Shown: positions 52,278 to 60,676 of the stretch, in pieces
How the letters are laid out: each line of letters starts with the position of its first letter
How positions within the stretch are numbered: the stretch's first letter is position 1
Origin: a virus
Taxonomy: Duplodnaviria > Caudoviricetes
Direction: 5' to 3' (one strand)
Virus record (IMG/VR): IMGVR_UViG_3300020463_000001
Span: 1-64,000 of that record
DNA length: 64,000 bases
Program-made: the position numbers and the translations under genes
Notes under the pieces: generated by a model
Database searches by the model: none
The model's input: only the letters and a program-made list of their open reading frames with translations
What the model was told of the DNA's origin: nothing

Positions 52278-54752
52278 TTATACTGCACCGGATAGTGCTG
52301 AGTTGATTTTGTTAAAGCTGTTTTCAGTATTGTATGCTTTTGTTGGAATTACAGTACTGCTTGAATTTGATACATTATTGTTAGTAACATTTGACAGATT
52401 ATTGAGTATGGGACTGATATTGGTCGCTGCAACTTTTTCTATCGCGTTCTCCTTCATGGTCATCGCGGCCGCATTCTTCATTCCGGCCGAAGGTGAACTT
52501 ATATTTCCTAATTCTTGCGTAGGAGCCCCAGAAACTTGTTGCATGGGTGTGGATTCTCTAGCAGGAATAACTGCACCCCCACTGTCTCCAACACTCTGAG
52601 AAGAACTCTGTGTTCCTTGAGCGAGTTCTGTGGGTATGATCGATACATTTGCGTTCTCAGGAGAAGATAAATCTGGTGAAATTCCTGTTACATTTTGGTT
52701 CACTGGGGTACTGGATCCATCTACAGAAACTCCATCTCTTATCGCAGTAACATTTTCTTGATTAGTATTTTCTGTTGTCGCTGGAGTTATATTTGATTGG
52801 GGTTCGTCATCTCCGCCGAAACCCAGAAAGTTTGATACACTATCTCCCACATTACCTATAGCATCTCCTACTTTTCCTGCAACTTCTTTTCCTGTTTCTA
52901 GTGCCTTTTGTGCTCCATCTTTTATATTATTTCCGACATTTTTTACGGCGTCCACGGGGCCCTTAATAATACCTAATACTTTTTCTACTAAGTTGCTAAA
53001 AAATTCTTTGATAGAATCAAATGCGGAACTTATCGCCCCGCTGACTTTTTCTGGAATTGATGAAATAAATTCACCAATCTTTTGAGGAAAATCTGAAGTT
53101 ATAAACGCAACTGCGGCAGCAATTCCAGCGCCTACTGCCATTATTTTTAATGCAACTGGACTGAACAACATAGAAAGAACTCTAGGAATTCCCATCAAAA
53201 ATCTCAAAACTCCCTTAAACATACCAATGCCACCGGCAATTGATTCAAATGCCCCCTTACTTTCTTCTCTTGATTCTTCTGCACTCTCTATCGAATCTTC
53301 TAGAAGAGATGATTGTTTTCTTTCTACTCGTAAATTTGCTTGGTCAGATCTCTTTTTTTCTCTTTGAGTTTCTATTGCACTGAGTTCTCCTTCCGATTGT
53401 TGAGACCCCAAATATTCTAATAAATCTCGTATCTCTTGAAGAAAGGGGGAACTCACAGGTACTTCAGAATCTCCGGAAGATTCTTCTGTTCTAACTGGTG
53501 TTATTTGTGGAACCTCAGACGAAGATTCTATTGTTTCTCTAGTGATACTTTGCTCGCCCGCAGCACCAGCGACAGTTTCTCTAGAAATATCAGACACATT
53601 GGATATATTATTATCTGCTCCTTCTCTGATAGTTGATACTTGAGAGGTATCTATAGTATTACTTTGTTCGCCCGGAGCTCCTGTAATAGTTTCTCTAATA
53701 GTTGATACTTGAGAGGTATCTATAGTATTACTTTGTTCGCCCGGAGCTCCTGTAATAGTTTCTCTAGAAGTATCAGAGACATTGGATACATTATTGTCTG
53801 CCCCTTCTCTTGTAGATGATATTCGAGTTGTGTCTGTAGATTGCCCAGAAATTTGAGTTATATCTGGCGCAGTTTGATTTGTTATTTGATTTACCTCTGC
53901 CGAGTCTGCTTCAATTTCTGTTATAGGAGAAACTCTTTCTTGGTCTGTAGGTTGCAAATCTAATCCTACACTGTCTCTCAGTTCCTGTATCCTTTTTTGT
54001 TCCGCTTGGGCGTTTTCTCTTTGTTCTTTTGCAATCTTGGATTGTTCTATAATTCTGTCTCTTTCTTCATTATAGATTTGTTCTCTGGTCTTATTAGCCT
54101 CTTCTGCCTTCTTTTGTATATCTTCTTCGGAGAGATTTAATTTATTTTGGACATCAGATTCTGAAATCTGTTCTCTCAGAATTCTTCTTTCTTCTGAATC
54201 AATTCTTTCCTGCTCTCTAAAAAGTTCTCTTTGTTTTTCTCTAATTTCTTTTTCTTGACGTTTCTTCTTTCTGAAATTTCGGAACGCAACTACCCCCTTT
54301 CTTACACTATCGCCCAAGAATTTAACTCCTAACGCAAGGATAGGACTATCGGAAACCACACCAGCGACTACCGCACTAATATTAGTTACGCCTTCAGTGA
54401 GAGTATCTGTAATCTTTGCGCCGACATCATTCATCAACGAAGAATCCGATTTAACTCGTTGGTCATGCATTTGGATTAGTGATTGAAATCTTTGTTTGTC
54501 AGAATCCCCGACTTCTTTGGAGTCTCCAATTAACTTTGCAATATTCGCCATTTCCTTTCTACTGGCTCTGCGCTCTTTTGCGTCCATGTCTCCCTGTTTT
54601 GATATCAGTTCTGATACTTGTCGCAGAGCCTCATTTGTGGTATTGGATTCCATTTCGCCAGAGGCTTTGTCTAGACTCTCAGACAGACCCCGATAGTCCA
54701 TATTTACGGATTCTAATTTATCGATTACTGAGTCTAGACTTGCTTCAGCCAT
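52278..54752 (-). CDS. Tape-measure/baseplate-hub-like protein (T4 gp29 position)
   Basis: Long helical coiled coil, amphipathic segments, C-terminal NNVTNNNVSNS motif; downstream of gp26/gp51. Confidence 0.55.
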   Translation of the reverse strand: MAEASLDSVIDKLESVNMDYRGLSESLDKASGEMESNTTNEALRQVSELISKQGDMDAKERRASRKEMANIAKLIGDSKEVGDSDKQRFQSLIQMHDQRVKSDSSLMNDVGAKITDTLTEGVTNISAVVAGVVSDSPILALGVKFLGDSVRKGVVAFRNFRKKKRQEKEIREKQRELFREQERIDSEERRILREQISESDVQNKLNLSEEDIQKKAEEANKTREQIYNEERDRIIEQSKIAKEQRENAQAEQKRIQELRDSVGLDLQPTDQERVSPITEIEADSAEVNQITNQTAPDITQISGQSTDTTRISSTREGADNNVSNVSDTSRETITGAPGEQSNTIDTSQVSTIRETITGAPGEQSNTIDTSQVSTIREGADNNISNVSDISRETVAGAAGEQSITRETIESSSEVPQITPVRTEESSGDSEVPVSSPFLQEIRDLLEYLGSQQSEGELSAIETQREKKRSDQANLRVERKQSSLLEDSIESAEESREESKGAFESIAGGIGMFKGVLRFLMGIPRVLSMLFSPVALKIMAVGAGIAAAVAFITSDFPQKIGEFISSIPEKVSGAISSAFDSIKEFFSNLVEKVLGIIKGPVDAVKNVGNNIKDGAQKALETGKEVAGKVGDAIGNVGDSVSNFLGFGGDDEPQSNITPATTENTNQENVTAIRDGVSVDGSSTPVNQNVTGISPDLSSPENANVSIIPTELAQGTQSSSQSVGDSGGAVIPARESTPMQQVSGAPTQELGNISSPSAGMKNAAAMTMKENAIEKVAATNISPILNNLSNVTNNNVSNSSSTVIPTKAYNTENSFNKINSALSGAV
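53629..53766. repeat. Perfect 69-bp tandem duplication (23 aa) with flanking diverged duplication
   Basis: 53629-53697 equals 53698-53766; ~53577-53627 resembles ~53761-53811. Confidence 0.9.
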
Positions 54753-55072
54753 TATTTTTCGCCGTTAAAGGATTTGTTTGATTTACTTGTTCCGGCATAC
54801 AGACCAAACCAGGCAGCACCCGCCCCAACAATCACTGAGATAAGACCGGATTGTTCCATAGATGGTGCTGGAAGATCCATATACCAAAGAACTGTTTTGT
54901 ATAATAAGAATATATATACAGATAAGAATAATCTTGGAAAAATTCTCCAAGCATCTACTGCAGCAGCAAGATGAATCATTTTTTTGTATGGATTACTTCC
55001 GCTGTTTACTGTATCTGTGTCAATTTCTAGATCTATTTTAACTTTTTTTGTTAAAGGTTTTTCTACTGCCAT
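54752..55072 (-). CDS. Two-TM membrane protein (possible holin-like)
   Basis: AVDAWRIFPRLFL ... GAGAAWFGLY. Confidence 0.65.
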   Translation of the reverse strand: MAVEKPLTKKVKIDLEIDTDTVNSGSNPYKKMIHLAAAVDAWRIFPRLFLSVYIFLLYKTVLWYMDLPAPSMEQSGLISVIVGAGAAWFGLYAGTSKSNKSFNGEK

Positions 55073-55081
55073 AATAATTTC

Positions 55082-55201
55082 CTATTTTTTCATTCTATCT
55101 TTTTCTTCTTGTAGATAGTTCAAGAGCATTGATACATAGATTTCTCTTTCCCACGGCATCATGTTCTCTAATTCTGTCAGACTATATTTATGGTGTTGCA
55201 T
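55082..55201 (-). CDS. 51: gp51 baseplate hub assembly protein (possibly the -1 frameshift extension of gp26)
   Basis: Hand-translated MQHHKYSLTELENMMPWEREIYVSMLLNYLQEEKDRMKK. Confidence 0.85.
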   Translation of the reverse strand: MQHHKYSLTELENMMPWEREIYVSMLLNYLQEEKDRMKK

Positions 55202-55251
55202 CAATGCGAAGTTCGTCTGATAGAGAGAATATAATGTTTCATGATATAAAC

Positions 55252-55983
55252 CTATACGAAAAAATCGGTGATTCCTCGTAGTTTAAAGGTATTTGTCCAT
55301 CCACAATCAGGACATTTCACAACTGCATCAGTTACGCACTGAGGCATAGTCTCAAAAAAAGTATTTATCTTCTGAAACTGCATTTGCGACAAAGATTCTA
55401 GAAATTCAGAAACTTCTTCATCATTAGAATCCGCAATATCATAAACTTCATCGCCATCATAGATATATTCGATACAATTTTTTAACATTTTCATTGTATC
55501 TTCAAATGTATTCAGATTCTGAACACCCTTAAGGATTTTAAAATCTGGATACTTCATTATCACACCAATAGTATCTGTTAAATCAATTCTATTTGTATGA
55601 TCCTCATTATTTTCAATTTCAACATTGTCGAGATTGATATCAAATCTAACATCTTTCTCAGTAGTTGATCCGTCTTCGGAACCAGCCGGACAGTCATGTT
55701 TATAATTTAACTGTACGATGTTTCCTACAGACTTACTACGAATGTTGACAAACAAATACTCTATATCAAATGTCGCAAGACTTTCAATCTTTACGCCTTT
55801 GGTAATAATGCAGTTCGCAATAATTTGTTTTGCTGCATCTACTTGTTCTTCAACATCGTCTCCTTCGTTAGCCATCAATAGAATCTTTTCTTCCCTAACC
55901 AAAAAAGGTCTAAACTTGATTTTTTTCTTGGTTGACGGAATTGTAAGATTATAAGTTGGCGTATCTAACTTAGGTAGAGCCAT
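55252..55983 (-). CDS. 26: gp26 baseplate hub assembly chaperone
   Basis: MALPKLDTPTY.L.IPS, FRPFLVREEKILL, FDIEYLF..IRSKSVG, G..DFF. Confidence 0.92.
   Translation of the reverse strand: MALPKLDTPTYNLTIPSTKKKIKFRPFLVREEKILLMANEGDDVEEQVDAAKQIIANCIITKGVKIESLATFDIEYLFVNIRSKSVGNIVQLNYKHDCPAGSEDGSTTEKDVRFDINLDNVEIENNEDHTNRIDLTDTIGVIMKYPDFKILKGVQNLNTFEDTMKMLKNCIEYIYDGDEVYDIADSNDEEVSEFLESLSQMQFQKINTFFETMPQCVTDAVVKCPDCGWTNTFKLRGITDFFV
55258..55264 (-). other. Slippery heptamer T-TTT-TTC at the gp26 3' end
   Basis: X XXY YYZ in frame with gp26; -1 frame continues into gp51. Confidence 0.6.
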
Positions 55984-56022
55984 TCTAATCTCCTATAATA
56001 AAAAATAAGTCACTACTATTAT

Positions 56023-56688
56023 TTAGTCTGACTTTCTCCACTTGCGATATGCCATTGTGACAGGTAAACTTGCAATTTCTTCTGATGCGTATGCGTAGGT
56101 TATCTGTCCAATAGAAATCGGGTATGCCTCTTCAAAGGTCACAGAATAATTTGAAAAGTGTTCTAGTCCTTTATCTTCTAAACTTCCAAGTGTTTGTTTA
56201 ACTTTATCTGTTGTAGACTGAGATTCATTTTGATTTGAAGTTCTATCATATGAGTAGAATGTACAGTCTTTGACGATATCATCGTAGTATGACACATATG
56301 CAGTTTTATAACTTATCGCCAAATCCATCCATGCACTGAAGAAATCTCTTTCTTTCAAATTTTTACTTAAATATACATTGAATGACAAATCTTCATATAT
56401 CATTCCGTATGCGGATTTTCTTGGTGGGCCATAATATTGAACTTCTTCTGTAGCGAGTTGTTTGCCAGGCAGTTCTAGATTATCAATCCTTAGAGTCAAG
56501 TTTTCTGTCATTCCATCTCTAAGAGTAGATGGAAGTCCATCTGGATACGGTATACTTAATGCATAAGTATTGGGTATTAATAAGTCATTAGATACTCTAG
56601 AAGTAAAATTGTCTATACTAAATTTTCCTCCTCTTTTGAGGATAGTACCTCCGTAAAGGTTACTACTTGTTGGTGAATTCCCTGCCAT
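56023..56688 (-). CDS. 54: gp54-like tail tube initiator
   Basis: LELPGKQL.T, Y...SF.VY....L.ERDFF.AW, FEEAYPISIG, LPVTMAYR.W. Confidence 0.7.
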   Translation of the reverse strand: MAGNSPTSSNLYGGTILKRGGKFSIDNFTSRVSNDLLIPNTYALSIPYPDGLPSTLRDGMTENLTLRIDNLELPGKQLATEEVQYYGPPRKSAYGMIYEDLSFNVYLSKNLKERDFFSAWMDLAISYKTAYVSYYDDIVKDCTFYSYDRTSNQNESQSTTDKVKQTLGSLEDKGLEHFSNYSVTFEEAYPISIGQITYAYASEEIASLPVTMAYRKWRKSD

Positions 56689-56690
56689 TC

Positions 56691-57287
56691 TTATCCTCTC
56701 GCGGAATCAGACCAGACTTTACTCGCGCTGGCCTTTTTGAATCTTTGTACTGGAAGGAATATTGCAATATCCCATTCATTTGCGTCTATCGTCACAAAAC
56801 TACTTCTCATATTATTGTATAAGTATCTTTTAATGCATGGTTTAATTGTACTGAACTTACTTGCACCCTGTAAGACTCTGTATGATAAAGCAAGTCTAGT
56901 AGTGGAGTCGTAGTTTTTATTTGTAGCAATATTACTCAGACTATTCATGATCAACATTCTGTTTCTAGGAGATACATAATGCAAATTCATCCCCAGAAAT
57001 CCTCTAGGGAAGTAATCCACTGCGAATATCAACGGAAACTCATCGTAGTACGGCAATTTGTCCTTAAACTTCGGATCGTAATTATAGAAATACATTTTTC
57101 CTATCTGTGGAGTTGCTGCCTTTCTATCTGAGTCAGATAAAAGACTTCTCCTACCCGGCTGTCGGGACAATGCACTTGTTACTGCACTCTGTCTCACCTT
57201 TTTGCTAAACCACTCTCTAGCCGCCGATGAGTTCGGTTGTATACCCTTCTGGGCCAGTCGTTTGAGTAGTGGTCTAAAGTCTGCCAT
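56691..57287 (-). CDS. 2: gp2 DNA end protector
   Basis: S.AAREWF, IGKMYFYNYDPKFK..LPYYDEFPL, GFLGMNLHY, KPCIKRYL, FLPV..FKKAS. Confidence 0.95.
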   Translation of the reverse strand: MADFRPLLKRLAQKGIQPNSSAAREWFSKKVRQSAVTSALSRQPGRRSLLSDSDRKAATPQIGKMYFYNYDPKFKDKLPYYDEFPLIFAVDYFPRGFLGMNLHYVSPRNRMLIMNSLSNIATNKNYDSTTRLALSYRVLQGASKFSTIKPCIKRYLYNNMRSSFVTIDANEWDIAIFLPVQRFKKASASKVWSDSARG

Positions 57288-57300
57288 GTTCTATTTATGT

Positions 57301-58695
57301 TTATTTTCGATAAACTTTCACAGGAAGTTCAGTATAACCTCTGACAAATGATGAAAAAGTGCGTTTCTCTTCTCCTACAACCTCTATTCGATCAAATCTT
57401 TTCATAATTTCTTCCCAGAGAACCTTGAGTTGTAGTTCTGCGGTTCTGTTTCCCATACAACGATGGATTCCAAAACCAAATGATAAATGATTACGAGCAT
57501 TCTCTCTATCAATGATTAGATCTTCTCCATTGGGGAAAACTTCTTCGTCACGATTTCCGGAAAGATACCACATTAGTATCTGGTCATGTTTTTTGATTTC
57601 TTTGTCTCTGATCATGCAGTCATTGTTTGCGGTTCGTCTCATATATGCGAGAGGGGTTTGCCATCTAATAATTTCTGATACCATATTCGGTATCAATCCT
57701 AGATCTCCTTTTAGTTTTTCGTATTCTGACGGAAACAGGTTAAGTCCATGAACACCAGCAGTCATAGAATTTCTTGTAGTATCATTTCCTCCCACAATCA
57801 GTAGAATAAGATTACCTAGAAACTCCATTGGCTCCATATCTTTTGTGTGTTCTCCCTTGACCATCATAGAAACAAAGTCATTTGTGGGTTCTTTCTTTCT
57901 CATTTCCCAGATTTCGGTAAAATACTGAAGACATTCTACTAATTCGTCAATTCTTTGTTGTTCGGTATCGATAATTCCTGCGCCAGGCACTGCAGTCGCA
58001 ACATCAGACCATCGTGTTAACTTTCTGCGTTCTTCGAATGGAAAATCAAAGAGAGTTGCGAGCATTTGTGTAGTCAGTTCAATAGAAACTTTGTCTACCC
58101 AATTAAATGTCTCATCTTCGGGCAAAGAATCTAAAACTGCACCAGTCCTTTCTCTTATCATGGGTTCTAGTCCCATCATACTTCTCATAGAGACTACCGG
58201 AGCAACTGTTCGTCGTTGCAGATCATGTTTGGGCGGATCCATTGCGATAAACAAAGAGATATCTAACGAACCTTCTGGACGGGGACTTCCGACAGGATAC
58301 CCTATTGTTATCATTGGTTCAGAAGAAAACTCTTGGTGATTCATATCAACTTTTTTGATATCATCATATTTTGTCAATGACCAGAATCTTCCAGCAACTT
58401 CTGTCTCATTAAAGTGTATTGGATCTTCTTCTCTAAGTCTTTTAAACATTTCAAGACTTTTGTTTTCTTCAAAGAGTCTATTCCATACTGGGTTGAGTGT
58501 CTCTAGAGGAACATCGTATGCGGAAGGAATTTCACCAGTAAATTCATCTTGTTCTGATCCTGCTCTGGCAAATCCCGCAGCTGCAGCGGATTCTCTTTCT
58601 TCTAGTACCGCATAGTGTTCGCCATCATTGCCATTACTACCGATGACATCCATTCTTTTCTCATCTTCGTCTGTCCACATTGGTTCGTTGCTCAT
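57301..58695 (-). CDS. Cytochrome P450, CYP153-like (alkane hydroxylase family)
   Basis: FIAMDPPKHD.QR, VSIELTTQMLATLFDFPFE.RRKLTRWSD, LLIVGGNDTTRNSM, EIIRWQTPL.YMRRTA, HLSFGFGIHRCMG. Confidence 0.95.
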   Translation of the reverse strand: MSNEPMWTDEDEKRMDVIGSNGNDGEHYAVLEERESAAAAGFARAGSEQDEFTGEIPSAYDVPLETLNPVWNRLFEENKSLEMFKRLREEDPIHFNETEVAGRFWSLTKYDDIKKVDMNHQEFSSEPMITIGYPVGSPRPEGSLDISLFIAMDPPKHDLQRRTVAPVVSMRSMMGLEPMIRERTGAVLDSLPEDETFNWVDKVSIELTTQMLATLFDFPFEERRKLTRWSDVATAVPGAGIIDTEQQRIDELVECLQYFTEIWEMRKKEPTNDFVSMMVKGEHTKDMEPMEFLGNLILLIVGGNDTTRNSMTAGVHGLNLFPSEYEKLKGDLGLIPNMVSEIIRWQTPLAYMRRTANNDCMIRDKEIKKHDQILMWYLSGNRDEEVFPNGEDLIIDRENARNHLSFGFGIHRCMGNRTAELQLKVLWEEIMKRFDRIEVVGEEKRTFSSFVRGYTELPVKVYRK

Positions 58696-58709
58696 AATGC
58701 CTCCATATT

Positions 58710-59150
58710 TTAACTATTTAGTTTGGGTAAAATATGTTTTTCGGTGATGATCTTAAAATCCCATCCCTTCATTTCGCAGTATTTCTCTGCGGCCTTCCAT
58801 TTTGCTTCATTGACACCCCAAGTCTTCATCTCATTGATATATCTTTTCTGATTTTTCTTTTTTCTGGGTGGTTTTGTTTCTCGATTTGGTTTGATTTCAA
58901 TCATACTAACTTTATCTTTCGTTTTTACTATAAAGTCTGGATAATATCTATGTATTTTATGATCTATGGGAGACAAATAGGGAATTACAATTTCTTCACT
59001 TGCCCATGAAAGAATGAGGGGATTTCTATCGCAATAGATCATAAATCTTCTCTCCCAACTGGAGCGATACACTATTTTCGATAGATCACCTATGTATTTT
59101 TTGGGATTCTCTGGAGTATATCTACCTTTGTAGGTAAATTTCCGCAACAT
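58710..59150 (-). CDS. 4: gp4 head completion nuclease
   Basis: YKGRY.P.NPKKYIGD, YRSSWER, WASEE..IPY, RYYPDF, IEIKP, NEAKW.AA. Confidence 0.95.
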   Translation of the reverse strand: MLRKFTYKGRYTPENPKKYIGDLSKIVYRSSWERRFMIYCDRNPLILSWASEEIVIPYLSPIDHKIHRYYPDFIVKTKDKVSMIEIKPNRETKPPRKKKNQKRYINEMKTWGVNEAKWKAAEKYCEMKGWDFKIITEKHILPKLNS

Positions 59151-59162
59151 TCAAAAACCTCA

Positions 59163-59193
59163 TATAAATAATAGGTGTAAATAATTATTTATA
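59163..59193. promoter_or_regulatory. Overlapping divergent T4 late promoters
   Basis: TATAAATA + strand at 59163-70; - strand at 59186-93. Confidence 0.8.
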
Positions 59194-59213
59194 AAAAATA
59201 AAACGGACTAGTT

Positions 59214-60128
59214 ATGGCAGAAGAAACTACACAAACTAAGATGCGTGATACTGTAGAACGGGCGGTCGATAAAGCCAGATCGCCGACCACAAGTCTAAAA
59301 TTTCCTAGTAGGTTGGGAGAAGGGGGTACAGAACTTCAGAGTTTCATAGAATTTAGAATTCTAAAAGAATCTAACACTAGGGAACAGACACAAAAGAAAC
59401 TCATGGAAAGTTTTGGAAGGGGGGGTGAACCCGAAACCCCTGATCCGACAACCACTAAGATAAACACTCGCGTCGAATCTGGTTCAGTGATAAGTCTATT
59501 CATTCCCGAAAATCTTGCAACCCCTACTGCTGCACAGTATGATTCGCAGACAATGGGCTCAATTGGTGGTTCATTGACTAACCTAGTTGGAGGAAGTTTT
59601 GCAGACCTCAAAGATGTCGGTGCCGGAGGAAATATGGGGGCCACTGCGTTAAACGAAGTAGTACAAACAGCGGGCAATCTTCTCGGCGGTGGAGCGGGAG
59701 ATGTTATCAATCAGGCAGTTTTTAACCGAGCCGCAAATGCAGCAAAATATCTACTCTTCAAAGGAATAGATTTTAGAAAATTTCAATTTCAATATAATTT
59801 TGTACCACAAAATTTACAAGAGTCTAAAAATCTTGAAGAAATAATTAAGATATTCAGACAGGCAATGTTGCCAGATATTGTTTCTGTGGGGTTTTATGAT
59901 ATACCGCAATCTTTTCAAATCCAATATGTCATTAAAAAGGCAGATGGAAACCCTGCACCCATAATACATCAATTTAAACCATGCAATCTTGAAGAATGTA
60001 ATGTATCATATGGAGCGAATGGAAGATTCACTTTGACAGAGGCTGGTTATCCTGCTAATATTCAGTTATCTTTGACCTTTTCTGAAAATGAGCAGGTTAC
60101 GAGAAAAGATGTAGACGAAGGATTTTAA
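59214..60128 (+). CDS. 48: gp48 baseplate tail tube cap
   Basis: LKFP, I.LFIP, LLFKGIDFRKFQF.YNF.PQN..ES..I..IIK.FR..MLP, C.L....VSY, LSLTFSE. Confidence 0.88.
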   Translation: MAEETTQTKMRDTVERAVDKARSPTTSLKFPSRLGEGGTELQSFIEFRILKESNTREQTQKKLMESFGRGGEPETPDPTTTKINTRVESGSVISLFIPENLATPTAAQYDSQTMGSIGGSLTNLVGGSFADLKDVGAGGNMGATALNEVVQTAGNLLGGGAGDVINQAVFNRAANAAKYLLFKGIDFRKFQFQYNFVPQNLQESKNLEEIIKIFRQAMLPDIVSVGFYDIPQSFQIQYVIKKADGNPAPIIHQFKPCNLEECNVSYGANGRFTLTEAGYPANIQLSLTFSENEQVTRKDVDEGF

Positions 60129-60130
60129 GA

Positions 60131-60676
60131 ATGGCAGGTAAAAGTTTATTTAATAAGGTTCCCTATACAAACTATGACATATTTCTCAACAATAAAAATA
60201 GAGTTGTAAAGAATATATTTAAAGTTGCTCAAGTTGTAGAGAAATATCAAGTAGAACCATCATCTTCATATGAATATATCGTAAAAGACGGAGATACTCC
60301 AGAAATCATTTCTCAGTTATATTATGGTTCTCCTTTATATCACTGGACAATATTAGTATTTAATAATGTAATAAGTTTTTATGACGAATGGCCATTAAAT
60401 TCTTCTGCATTTGCAACCATGATAGCAGAAAAATATGGAGATGTCCTTACTGCAGAAACTACTCCGCACTGTTATGTACATAAAACGAATTCTACAAAAA
60501 TAAGTCCAGAAACTTATAATTTTTTTACCGAAGATTTTGAACGAACACAATATGACTTATATTCTAAGTTTGAATATGAGAATGAACTAAATGAAAAAAA
60601 TAGAGTTATCCGAGTCATAAGAGATGATGTTGTAGATGATTTTGTGAAAGAATATGAAAGAGTTATTAGGTTATGA
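60131..60676 (+). CDS. 53: gp53 baseplate wedge
   Basis: Y.VKDGDTPEIIS..YYGS..YHWTILVFN, EWPL, YE.E.NE..R.I. Confidence 0.9.
   Translation: MAGKSLFNKVPYTNYDIFLNNKNRVVKNIFKVAQVVEKYQVEPSSSYEYIVKDGDTPEIISQLYYGSPLYHWTILVFNNVISFYDEWPLNSSAFATMIAEKYGDVLTAETTPHCYVHKTNSTKISPETYNFFTEDFERTQYDLYSKFEYENELNEKNRVIRVIRDDVVDDFVKEYERVIRL

Noticed and set aside
54752-55072. Confident holin call
   Set aside because: Two TMs only, not next to either lysin, and no diagnostic motif.
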